Below are positions 1 through 10,032 of a stretch of DNA of 64,000 nt, in pieces. Below the pieces are notes generated by a model. That model saw only the letters and a list, made by a program, of their open reading frames with translations. It searched no databases and was not told the DNA's origin. Origin of the DNA: an uncultured bacterium (lineage in GTDB: Bacteria > Patescibacteriota > Minisyncoccia > CAIUEV01); contig CALFZX010000016.1 of NCBI GenBank assembly GCA_937952315.1, positions 78,969 to 142,968 on the forward strand, in the 5' to 3' direction. Position 1 is the stretch's first letter; every line of letters begins with the position of its first letter. The position numbers and the translations under genes are program-made.

Positions 1-1310
1 ATTTGAGCGAACTGTAAATAGAGATTGCGATCAAACTGGTTCATAAATTCTGGGTCAAGGCCAACAATGTAGTAATTTTTTCTATTCAAATAAAAGTATA
101 GAGGAAAAACATCCCAGTCATCTGCAAAAATGATGTCTCCCGCATTTGAATTCTTCTTAATATAATCATGCGCTTTGGCGGCTAAATTTACCTCGAAATC
201 GGAAGTGGTGTCGTTGAAGGCCGTTTGCCATTGATTTTTGGCATAAATAAAGGAAAAGATTGTGAAAGCCAGAAAGCAGAAAAAGACGAAGGCGGATTTA
301 TGCAAACTTTTGATCCAGATTTTCAGACTCGGTCCGATCAGAATTATTCCGCTCAGTGAAGCCCAGAGGGGCCAGTATTCAATGAACCGTTTTGATTTGA
401 GTTGCGCTACGAGCAGAAAGGCGCTGTAAATTAAAATTGACAGATTTATCGGTCCGATCTTTTTGCCTCTTATCAGTGCGGTAGCAATTCCCAGCCCCCA
501 AATAAAAAGAGGAACAATGCACATACTAAACCAAAACCAAGTGTCGTACGGACGCCATTCGCCACCAACATATTCTTTCGCCTGCAGACCGGTTTTCCAA
601 ACTTGGACAATAAAAAGGTTTATGTTGGTTGGAAAATAAGGATTGACGATTAAAGAGAGAAGAGTTCCTAAAATAGGGTAAAAAAATATTTTTCGATCAA
701 TTTTGCCAGAGGTAATAAAATTTGAAAAAGAATATATCACCGTCAAACCTATTAAAAATAAAAATCCGCCCCCCATATAAAGCCAGCCGTAGCAAAAAGA
801 AGCTAAAATTAGGGATTTATATTTTTTGTGAATCATCAAATAAAGAACTAGAAGGAGGAATAAAAGTGACGGGGCGGGATTTCGAATAAAAGCTAGGCGA
901 AAATAAAAATCGGATGGAAGAAGAAAAAAAAGTAGAGCGGTTGAAATCAATGCAGTTTTTTTGGAAAAAAATTTGAGAATGTGAAAGACTAAGAAAAAAA
1001 TACCGCCGGCGCATAGCGCGATAAAAATTTTCGGCCCGATAACATTTCCAAAAATGAGAATAAAGGGAATAAGGAATAGATGAAAAAGCAGATGAGACTC
1101 AACAAAATTTTGATTTAATACGGTGAAATAAAGATGGGGAAATTCAAAAGGCAAGCCGTTATTCCAAATTTCTTCTGCCATGCCAATATGATAATAGCTG
1201 TCATAGCCGGAAAAATAAGGATTATTTGGATTAAATTCTAAAAAAAGAAAAACCAAAAATGGAACAGTAAAGGCTAACAGGGGCTCGATTATTTTTTTAA
1301 AATTGATCAT
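1..1310 (-). CDS. Polytopic GT-C-like membrane glycosyltransferase with STT3/AglB-like architecture (3' end outside window)
   Basis: Hand translation from ATG at 1310 stays open to the window edge, so it is absent from the ORF track. MINFKKIIEPLLAF..., GYDSYYH after TM1, many hydrophobic segments, then AHDYIKKNSNAGDIIFADDWDVFPLYFYLN...GLDPEF. Confidence 0.7.
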   Translation of the reverse strand, partial: MINFKKIIEPLLAFTVPFLVFLFLEFNPNNPYFSGYDSYYHIGMAEEIWNNGLPFEFPHLYFTVLNQNFVESHLLFHLFLIPFILIFGNVIGPKIFIALCAGGIFFLVFHILKFFSKKTALISTALLFFLLPSDFYFRLAFIRNPAPSLLFLLLVLYLMIHKKYKSLILASFCYGWLYMGGGFLFLIGLTVIYSFSNFITSGKIDRKIFFYPILGTLLSLIVNPYFPTNINLFIVQVWKTGLQAKEYVGGEWRPYDTWFWFSMCIVPLFIWGLGIATALIRGKKIGPINLSILIYSAFLLVAQLKSKRFIEYWPLWASLSGIILIGPSLKIWIKSLHKSAFVFFCFLAFTIFSFIYAKNQWQTAFNDTTSDFEVNLAAKAHDYIKKNSNAGDIIFADDWDVFPLYFYLNRKNYYIVGLDPEFMNQFDRNLYLQFAQ

Positions 1311-1335
1311 TTTTAGTTTTTATAATGTTTAAATT

Positions 1336-2526
1336 TTATCCGACCCAATACCAATTAAAGGATTGGAGGGCGAAAATACTTAAAAATAAAATGGAAATTA
1401 AGCTGATCAGCCAACCGATCAGCGGTTTTTTGCGACTTAAAATTCCCAGCAGTATAAAATGAGGAAACGAAACGGACAAATATCTGGTTAACGACATAGT
1501 CTGGCCGGAGAGCTGAGGCAGAAGAATAATGGCCAAAGAGTAAAAAAAATAAGAAACTCTAATTTTAGAGTAACAAGCAATGAGTGAAAGTAGAAATATA
1601 AGCCCGAAAAGAAAATCAATTTTTGAATTGTGAAAACCGTGTAGGGGGAGATCCCAAAAGCGGTAGAAACGATCACTCAGCAAGTGGATAAAGTTGACCG
1701 GGCTTATGCTATCTCTGCCCCACCATTCGAGCGCCTCAAAATAGGCGAAAAAATTTCCGGTGATGAAAAAAAGAAAAAGAAAATAAGCAAAAGTGCCGAG
1801 AGGAGCGCCGATTGGCGTGATCAGGGTTCGATAATTTTTCTTTAAAAAAATCTTCCAATCCTTAAAACCGAACTCTCTAAAAAACATTAAATATTCTATG
1901 ACGAAGGGTATGGCGAGTAAAATACCATTTGGTCGACATATCCCTCCCAGAAAAGCGACAATAAAGGCAAACCACCATTTTCTTTTTCTTAAAAAATAGA
2001 ACATTGTTACTGACAGTAAAAAAAACAGACTTTCCGTGTAGACGGCTAAGAAAAAGAAGGCGGTCGGGTAGATGAGAAAAAATTTCACTGATTCAAAGGC
2101 GGTTTTACTGTCCCAATCGAGTCTAACGAGGCGGTAGAAAATCAGGGTTCCGGCTAAATGGGCAAAGAAGCTGATCAACAGTCCGGCTATCGTGTAGTCT
2201 CTACCGGTGTAAAAGGAAAAAATACTTATCAGGGCGGGGTAGAGGGGGAAGAACGCGCGTACTTTTTCGTCGAAATAGCCCATATTTTCGTAGCCGAAAT
2301 AGGCCAAGTTTAGATAATGGGGGCTGTCGTAAGGGGAAAGACCTTTTTCCCATTTCTCCTGGTTCTGTCCAAGAAAATGATCGCTATTGTTCTCGTAGTC
2401 CCATTGGCTGAAGGGTAGAAAATCGTAGCAACAAAGAATAAATAACAACAAAATCAGTTTAAACCCAAGAAACAAGAAAATAACGGATCCGCTTTTATTT
2501 TTACGCATAAGATTTTGATTAAACAT
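1336..2526 (-). CDS. PIG-V-like mannosyltransferase family (GT-C) membrane protein
   Basis: YDSPHY, AFFPLYP, YTESLF, RPNG and RY motifs; polytopic hydrophobic profile. Confidence 0.75.
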   Translation of the reverse strand: MFNQNLMRKNKSGSVIFLFLGFKLILLLFILCCYDFLPFSQWDYENNSDHFLGQNQEKWEKGLSPYDSPHYLNLAYFGYENMGYFDEKVRAFFPLYPALISIFSFYTGRDYTIAGLLISFFAHLAGTLIFYRLVRLDWDSKTAFESVKFFLIYPTAFFFLAVYTESLFFLLSVTMFYFLRKRKWWFAFIVAFLGGICRPNGILLAIPFVIEYLMFFREFGFKDWKIFLKKNYRTLITPIGAPLGTFAYFLFLFFITGNFFAYFEALEWWGRDSISPVNFIHLLSDRFYRFWDLPLHGFHNSKIDFLFGLIFLLSLIACYSKIRVSYFFYSLAIILLPQLSGQTMSLTRYLSVSFPHFILLGILSRKKPLIGWLISLISILFLSIFALQSFNWYWVG

Positions 2527-3423
2527 TCATTTTTGGCAACGAGGACAGTAGAAAGTAGATCTTTGCCCCTGCTTAAAAGCACTTATAATCTCTCCGCAAT
2601 TGGGGCATTTTTCCCCTTTGCGTTGATAAACTTTTCGAAATCGGCCGAATTCGCCCCTAAGGCCGTCGGTGTCGCGAAAATCACTGATGCTGGTCCCTCG
2701 GTGCTTGATTGCTTCTGTTAAAACTGCTCGGGTTTTGGATAGAATTTTCTGCAACTCCGCTTCGGTTAGTTTGGAGACTTTTTTCCGAGGATTGATTTTG
2801 GCCTCAAAAAGGATTTCGCTGGCGTAAATATTGCCAATACCACTAATGTTTTCCTGATCGAGAAGAAAAACCTTGACTTCCTTGTTTATGTTTTTTTTCT
2901 TTTTAGTACTTTCTATCAATTTTTCAAGATTAAAATCCGGTCCCATTGGCTCCGGACCGAGTTTTTTGTATTCTGTCCGCTCGAGCGTTTCGTCAATCCC
3001 GCAATCGTAGAAGCGGATTCGACCGAATTTACGAAGATCTGAGAAAGCCAGTTCTTTTTTAGGGCCAAAAAGAAAACGAAAATGGATATATTGATTGACT
3101 TTTTCTCTGAAAGGCCTTTTTGCGTCTTCTTTAACAATTTTGCTTGCTTCAAGGTCGAAATAATTGGTAGAACGCCAGAGTAAATGCCCCGTCATTTTAA
3201 GATGAATCACTACGGTGATGTCGGTTTCTAATTCAATAAAAATATTCTTGCCTCTTCTGGCTACTCGACCGACTTTTTTCCCGATTACGGCTCGACGGAA
3301 TTTTTTCAGTTCAATATTTTTAAGTATTTTTGGCCAATCGGTCCAAACGCCTGTAATTTTTTTGTTGACAATTTTTTTTTGCAAATCGGAAACAACGGTT
3401 TCCACTTCGGGCAGTTCCGGCAT
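2527..3423 (-). CDS. mutM: Formamidopyrimidine-DNA glycosylase / AP lyase
   Basis: N-terminal PELPEVE, HLKMTG, DLRKFG, GIGNIYASE and a C-terminal CxxC...CxxC zinc finger. Confidence 0.97.
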   Translation of the reverse strand: MPELPEVETVVSDLQKKIVNKKITGVWTDWPKILKNIELKKFRRAVIGKKVGRVARRGKNIFIELETDITVVIHLKMTGHLLWRSTNYFDLEASKIVKEDAKRPFREKVNQYIHFRFLFGPKKELAFSDLRKFGRIRFYDCGIDETLERTEYKKLGPEPMGPDFNLEKLIESTKKKKNINKEVKVFLLDQENISGIGNIYASEILFEAKINPRKKVSKLTEAELQKILSKTRAVLTEAIKHRGTSISDFRDTDGLRGEFGRFRKVYQRKGEKCPNCGEIISAFKQGQRSTFYCPRCQK

Positions 3424-3428
3424 ATCTT

Positions 3429-5240
3429 TTAAGTTACTATTTTAGAGGAAACGATTTTAAGCTGTTCAAAAAGTTTATTTAATTCCGTCTGATCATTTTT
3501 TGCTTGAGCCTTTTTTATTTCTTTTAAGATCTCGTTTTTTCTTTGAAGAAGCATTTCTCGACCTAGCAACTTTAAATTAGCATCAAATTCCTTTTCGAGC
3601 GTCTCCGGGTTATCAAAAAAATCTTCTCCCAGCTCATTTTCCAAGGTCAGGAAAATTTCTTTAGCCTTCAGAGAAGAAGCTCGATCGGAAAAAATTATGG
3701 CATCGCTTGTTAAATTTACTCCCTCGCTTTCCGTGAAGCCGGAAAGAAAAATTTTAATTTCCTCAAGCAGGCGAGCGTGCTCCGGATTTTCAAAATCAAG
3801 ACTTTCTATTTTTTCAAAATGAGAAAAGAAAAGGCGAGGAAAAGCGTAAATAAAGCCAATAATTCTTTTTTCCAACAGGTCCTGACGATTTTGTTTCGGG
3901 GAATTCGAAATATTTTCATCCTTTTTTTGCCAGCGATTATTGTATTTTTCCTTTTCCATAATGCGATTTATTTTCTCCCAAAGATGATTTTCCGGCACAT
4001 CGACCTCCTCGGCCAGTTTTTTTAAGTAGTGGGATTGCTCAACCGTTGAGGGGATGCCGGCTATCAATTTTAACAATTTTTCAGTTAAAATTTTTTTCTG
4101 ATCCAGGGTGAGTTTCCTATTTTTAAAGGAAAGATCGTAGAAATAGCCGACGACGCTTTTTCTTTGACGACTTTTCTTAATCCAAATATCCGCTTTTTTA
4201 GCGACCAAGTCAGCAACATCTTTTCCTTTTTCAATGGCGATAACCTTAACATCGAATTCCTCTTTCCAGGCGAGTTCCGCCGCCCTTTTCGTTGCTTTAA
4301 CGCCGGCCATATCGGCATCAAAGGCCAGGATTATTTTATCAATGTATCTTCTCAAAAATTTAAGCTGTTTTTCTCCGAGAGCGGTGCCACAGGTAGCTAC
4401 CGCTTGCTTTATTCCCGCTTGATGGCTCAAAACTACATCCAGGTTACCTTCTAACAAGATTACTTCGCTCGATTCCCGGATAGCTTTTTTCGCTTGAAAA
4501 AAACCGTATAACAAGGAGCCCTTATCGTAATGCTCCGTTTGAGGAGTGTTTATGTATTTACCTTGATCACTCTGGTCGCCTGGTAACACTCGAGCGGAAA
4601 ATCCGACTATCCGACCGAGACTATCGGTAATTGGAAAGATTAAACGATTACGAAAGCGATCGATATAGATATTTTGATTGTCCTTTTTATAAACGCTTCC
4701 GCTGGCGAGAATTTCCTTTTCGGTGAAACCGTTCTGCTTAAGAAAATCAAAAAGGGCGGTGAAAGTGTTGGGAGCATAGCCTAAACGAAAAATTTTGCGA
4801 CTTTCATTGTTCACTCCTCGATCAGCAAGATATTTCATTGCCGTTTCTCCTTCTTTTTCTAATAATTTTTGTTCAAAAAAAGAGGCGGTTTTTTCCAATA
4901 TTTGTCGAACTATTTCTCTTTGGCTAACATCTTTGGGGTTGAAACCGGCTTTTTGCCAAATCCGATAGTCTATTCCCGCTTTCTCCGCCAAAATTTTTAA
5001 TGCCTCTTTGAACTCCAGCCCTTCAATCTCTTGCATAAAGGTTATTACATCTCCTCCTTTAGAACAGCCGAAACAGTGAAATATTTGCTTCTCCCGACTT
5101 ACCATAAAAGAAGGCGTTTTCTCTCGATGAAAAGGACAAAGCCCCTTAAAATTACTGCCGGCCGGCATTATTTTAACATATCCGCCGATTACTTCGACAA
5201 TATCGTTTTTCGCTTTTATTTCGTCGATCAGAGAGCCCAT
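3429..5240 (-). CDS. dnaG: DNA primase
   Basis: CHC2 zinc finger (CPFH...CFGC), FRNRLIFPI, KYINTP, Toprim EGNLD and FDADMAG. Confidence 0.97.
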   Translation of the reverse strand: MGSLIDEIKAKNDIVEVIGGYVKIMPAGSNFKGLCPFHREKTPSFMVSREKQIFHCFGCSKGGDVITFMQEIEGLEFKEALKILAEKAGIDYRIWQKAGFNPKDVSQREIVRQILEKTASFFEQKLLEKEGETAMKYLADRGVNNESRKIFRLGYAPNTFTALFDFLKQNGFTEKEILASGSVYKKDNQNIYIDRFRNRLIFPITDSLGRIVGFSARVLPGDQSDQGKYINTPQTEHYDKGSLLYGFFQAKKAIRESSEVILLEGNLDVVLSHQAGIKQAVATCGTALGEKQLKFLRRYIDKIILAFDADMAGVKATKRAAELAWKEEFDVKVIAIEKGKDVADLVAKKADIWIKKSRQRKSVVGYFYDLSFKNRKLTLDQKKILTEKLLKLIAGIPSTVEQSHYLKKLAEEVDVPENHLWEKINRIMEKEKYNNRWQKKDENISNSPKQNRQDLLEKRIIGFIYAFPRLFFSHFEKIESLDFENPEHARLLEEIKIFLSGFTESEGVNLTSDAIIFSDRASSLKAKEIFLTLENELGEDFFDNPETLEKEFDANLKLLGREMLLQRKNEILKEIKKAQAKNDQTELNKLFEQLKIVSSKIVT

Positions 5241-5319
5241 TTCAAAGCTTTAATTAAAGTTAGAGTAGTTTCTCCTATTTATATCCTTTCTTATCTTTGT
5301 TGTAAAATGAAAAATAATT

Positions 5320-5346
5320 TTGGCACTCAAACTTGACGAGTGCTAA
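5320..5346 (+). promoter_or_regulatory. CIRCE element (HrcA operator) upstream of groEL, overlapping a TTGACG -35 box
   Basis: TTGGCACTC-aaacttgac-GAGTGCTAA, one mismatch to consensus TTAGCACTC-N9-GAGTGCTAA. Candidate -10 TATCAT at 5355-5360. Confidence 0.92.
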
Positions 5347-5362
5347 AATTATTGTATCATAA

Positions 5363-7045
<1,683 letters not shown>

Positions 7046-7064
7046 AATTTGATTATACAGTTAG

Positions 7065-7102
7065 AAAAAAAACGAGATGATTCTTATTCGTCTCGTTTTT
7101 TT
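7065..7102. terminator. Bidirectional intrinsic terminator between convergent groEL and ddl
   Basis: A-run, ACGAGATGA...TCGTCTCGT stem, T-run. Confidence 0.8.
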
Positions 7103-8154
7103 TATTTTTCTTGCGCTAATCTTATCAATGTGTCGATTAGTTGGGCATAAGAAATTCCGCTTTCTTGCCAAAGTTTCGGATACATGCTTATCGAAGTAAA
7201 GCCGGGGATGGTGTTTATCTCATTAACTAAAATTTTGTTATTTTTAGTGAGAAAAAAATCGACTCTTCCCATTCCGCGACAACATAAAACCTGAAAAACT
7301 TTGATGGCGATAGCTTGAATTTTTTTTTCGATGGCCGGCGCTATTTTGGCCGGAATAATTAAATCGGCCCCGCTTTTGTCCAGATACTTGGCTTTGTATG
7401 AATAAAAATTGTGTTTGGGAACAATTTCTCCCAATCGGGAAGCTTGCGGAAAATCGTTGCCAAGAATAGCACACTCGATTTCTCGGCCCTCAATTCCCTG
7501 CTCGATTATAACCTTGGAGTCATAGCGAAAAGCGCTTTTTATTGCTGGCATAAATTCTTTTTCATTCTCTACTTTGCTAATCCCCACTGATGATCCAAGG
7601 TTCGCCGGCTTAACAAAAAAAGGCAATCCCAAAGTTTTTTTGAGGTTTTTAAACCGAATTGAGTTTTTTTCAGATTTTTGAAAGACAACAAAATTCGGAA
7701 CTTGAAGACCTGCGTCTCTGAGCAGTCTTTTCATTATATCTTTGTCCATCCCGACGGCGGAGCCAACCACTCCCGCCCCTACGAACGGAACATTGAAAAA
7801 ATGCAGGAGACCTTGAATGGTTCCGTCTTCCCCAAACGGTCCGTGCAGAATGGGAAAAACCAAGTCGATTTGAGCTCTAATCTTTTTTCCCCGAATAAAG
7901 AATTTTTTATTTTCAAAAAAAGGAGAGACGAACTCGTTTATTTTCGTAAGAGAGAAATTTTTCTTGATAAAATCTTTTTCCGTAACCGAGACCCAGGAGC
8001 CGTTTTTCTTGATGCCGACAAGTAAAATTTGATATTTGCGCTTATTGATGGCGGGAAAAACATTCTGAGCCGAGATGATGGAGACTTCGTGTTCCGCCGA
8101 TCTTCCGCCGAAAAACAAAGCTATTTTAAGCCTTTTATTTTTTCTTGTGGCCAT
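7102..8154 (-). CDS. ddl: D-alanine--D-alanine ligase
   Basis: GGRSAEHEVS, LHGPFGEDG, GSSVG, omega loop FYSYKAKY, NEINTIPG. Confidence 0.95.
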   Translation of the reverse strand: MATRKNKRLKIALFFGGRSAEHEVSIISAQNVFPAINKRKYQILLVGIKKNGSWVSVTEKDFIKKNFSLTKINEFVSPFFENKKFFIRGKKIRAQIDLVFPILHGPFGEDGTIQGLLHFFNVPFVGAGVVGSAVGMDKDIMKRLLRDAGLQVPNFVVFQKSEKNSIRFKNLKKTLGLPFFVKPANLGSSVGISKVENEKEFMPAIKSAFRYDSKVIIEQGIEGREIECAILGNDFPQASRLGEIVPKHNFYSYKAKYLDKSGADLIIPAKIAPAIEKKIQAIAIKVFQVLCCRGMGRVDFFLTKNNKILVNEINTIPGFTSISMYPKLWQESGISYAQLIDTLIRLAQEK

Positions 8155-8198
8155 GGAAATGCAATTAGAATTATTTGAAACAATTTTAACAAATAATT

Positions 8199-8231
8199 AA
8201 AAAAAGAAAAAAGAGACTCCGAAGAATCTCT
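8199..8231 (-). terminator. Intrinsic terminator of the YkgJ-like gene
   Basis: Minus strand reads AGAGATTC-TTCG-GAGTCTCT (cUUCGg loop) followed by a T-run. Confidence 0.7.
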
Positions 8232-8246
8232 CAGGGATGAAATCAT

Positions 8247-8585
8247 TTAATTGAATCTCAAAATCATAAATTTTTCATTTTTGTAACGATTGATTATTGC
8301 TTCTTGCTTTTTTCTGTCATCGGTGTAGAAAGCCCCGCATTGTGTGTTTCGACAAATATCCGGTCGGTTGGCATAATCAAGACAAAGGCCATTTTTTGAA
8401 TCAAAATTTAGACAACGAAAAGTTCGCAAACGAACCGCGTCAGGGTTGCTCTCCGGAATATAAATCTCTCCCGTTTCCACGAAGGGCCGACCGATTTTTT
8501 CCAGTTCGAGCAATGCATAGCCTCTGATTTTAACCGGACTGCAACAATCGCTACATTTGTGTTCTAGACAAACATTTTTTTCCAT
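8247..8585 (-). CDS. YkgJ/UPF0153-family cysteine-cluster (Zn or Fe-S chelating) protein
   Basis: CxxxxCxxCC near the N-terminus and C...CxxYxxRPxxCR. AAGGAGG Shine-Dalgarno upstream. Confidence 0.8.
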   Translation of the reverse strand: MEKNVCLEHKCSDCCSPVKIRGYALLELEKIGRPFVETGEIYIPESNPDAVRLRTFRCLNFDSKNGLCLDYANRPDICRNTQCGAFYTDDRKKQEAIINRYKNEKFMILRFN

Positions 8586-8741
8586 AGAACCTCCTTTTGG
8601 ACTAAAGAGCTTTTTGCCAAATTAACACAGATTAAGCCAAAAAGCAACAATTTTCTTGTTTTTTTAAAAAAAATGAGCATAAAATAATTTGGTCGATCAA
8701 GAAAGCTCTTTAAAAAATTCAATATAAGATTAGGAGGCCCA

Positions 8742-9527
8742 ATGAATTTAGTTGAAAAACTAAAAAAAATGCCGATCAGAAGATTCGATTTTGATTATGA
8801 TTGGTATAAAGAGAACAAAAATTCGGGATTCCGAATGGCCAGAAGAATTTTTGTTCAAAAATTTCATCCAAAATGTCGAGAGGGGCTGATCAGCTGTTCC
8901 TCCCTGGGAATCATGAGTTTGAACTATTACAGTGAGGGACGCGGACGAAAAATTATTCACAATTCCGGTCGAAACAAAAAGAACGGTCTGGCTTTTGAAG
9001 ACAATGTTTTTTTGAGACAGAGCCTGGCTTTCGATCTCAAACTTATAGACTACCGGCTCAAACCTTTCGGTCTTAGACTTTTTATTTTAAGCGGATATCG
9101 AGATATTCGTTTGCAAAGACTGGCGATTGAAGGTTTGTCAAAGCAAAAAAGAAGAAAAAATGCCAGGCCGGTAACCGAGTTACTTTCTAATCCGGAGAAT
9201 TACTCTCCTCACACAACCGGTGGCGCAATCGATTGTGAGATTTGGGATGAAAAGAAGAAAAAATTACTTCTCACCAAGCTGGACGATAGAGAAAAAATAG
9301 ATCTTTTTTGGCTTGAAGATAAAAAGAATTTGAGTCAAAAAGAGGAAGAAGTCAAATTAAATCGTCGATTGTTGCATAATATTTTGGTTAGTGAGGAAAT
9401 TTTGGGTCAAAACCATTTTATCCATCACCCTTCCGAATACTGGCATTACGGTCGGCATGAAAGATTGGCCTCTTTTTTCTCGGGAGGTGGCCATCCTGCT
9501 TATTACGATGTGTTGAATCTTGATTGA
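8742..9527 (+). CDS. M15-family Zn peptidase (VanX/DdpX D-Ala-D-Ala dipeptidase-like)
   Basis: SGYR, SPHTTGGAID and EYWHY motifs. AGGAGG Shine-Dalgarno upstream. Confidence 0.8.
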   Translation: MNLVEKLKKMPIRRFDFDYDWYKENKNSGFRMARRIFVQKFHPKCREGLISCSSLGIMSLNYYSEGRGRKIIHNSGRNKKNGLAFEDNVFLRQSLAFDLKLIDYRLKPFGLRLFILSGYRDIRLQRLAIEGLSKQKRRKNARPVTELLSNPENYSPHTTGGAIDCEIWDEKKKKLLLTKLDDREKIDLFWLEDKKNLSQKEEEVKLNRRLLHNILVSEEILGQNHFIHHPSEYWHYGRHERLASFFSGGGHPAYYDVLNLD

Positions 9528-9532
9528 CGATT

Positions 9533-9566
9533 AAGCCCCACTCTTAGGAGTGAGGCTTTTTTCTTT
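9533..9566 (+). terminator. Intrinsic terminator
   Basis: AAGCCCCACTC-TTAG-GAGTGAGGCTT followed by a T-run, just after the stop codon. Confidence 0.75.
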
Positions 9567-9632
9567 TAATTCATTTTTTATGTTACTATAAAAAACATAG
9601 AAATTATTTTATTTTTAATTTTTTTTCAGATC

Positions 9633-10028
9633 ATGGTCTCTCTATTTAAAAAAAATTTTCGTTATTTACGATCAAGCCTTAATTTTGCCGTTAGAGGGAT
9701 AAAATACGCGTGGAAAACGGAGCAGAATTTTCGTTGGGAGCTTTTTGTCGCCGTTTTAGTTATTTTTTGCTCCGTCGCTTTGCCCCTGAGACCGATTGAA
9801 CAGTTGCTTGTCTGGTTGTTGGTAGTTTGGGTTCTGACGCTCGAAATAATCAATACCGTGCTGGAAAGAATGATCGATATCATCAAGCCTAAAAAGCATC
9901 CCTATGTTGGAGCAATAAAGGATTTAATGGCTGGTGCGGTGCTTGTCTCGGCCGTCGGTTCCGCTATCATCGGAATGATTCTTTTTTTTCCCTATTTTGA
10001 AAATTTGATTTTATCTATTATAAATTAG
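9633..10028 (+). CDS. dgkA: DgkA-family diacylglycerol/undecaprenol kinase
   Basis: FAVRGI...EQNFR, EIINTVLERMID, IKDLMAGAV; three TM helices. Confidence 0.88.
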   Translation: MVSLFKKNFRYLRSSLNFAVRGIKYAWKTEQNFRWELFVAVLVIFCSVALPLRPIEQLLVWLLVVWVLTLEIINTVLERMIDIIKPKKHPYVGAIKDLMAGAVLVSAVGSAIIGMILFFPYFENLILSIIN

Positions 10029-10032
10029 CCCT

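Noticed and set aside
817-1014. 65-aa ORF suggesting a frameshifted pseudogene at the left edge
   Set aside because: It is an alternative frame inside the continuous 1310-to-edge ORF, which shows no stop on hand translation.
7102-9527. ddl plus VanX-like gene as a vancomycin-resistance cluster
   Set aside because: The omega loop FYSYKAKY has the Tyr of D-Ala-D-Ala ligases; there is no vanH, vanR or vanS; the genes are divergently oriented.
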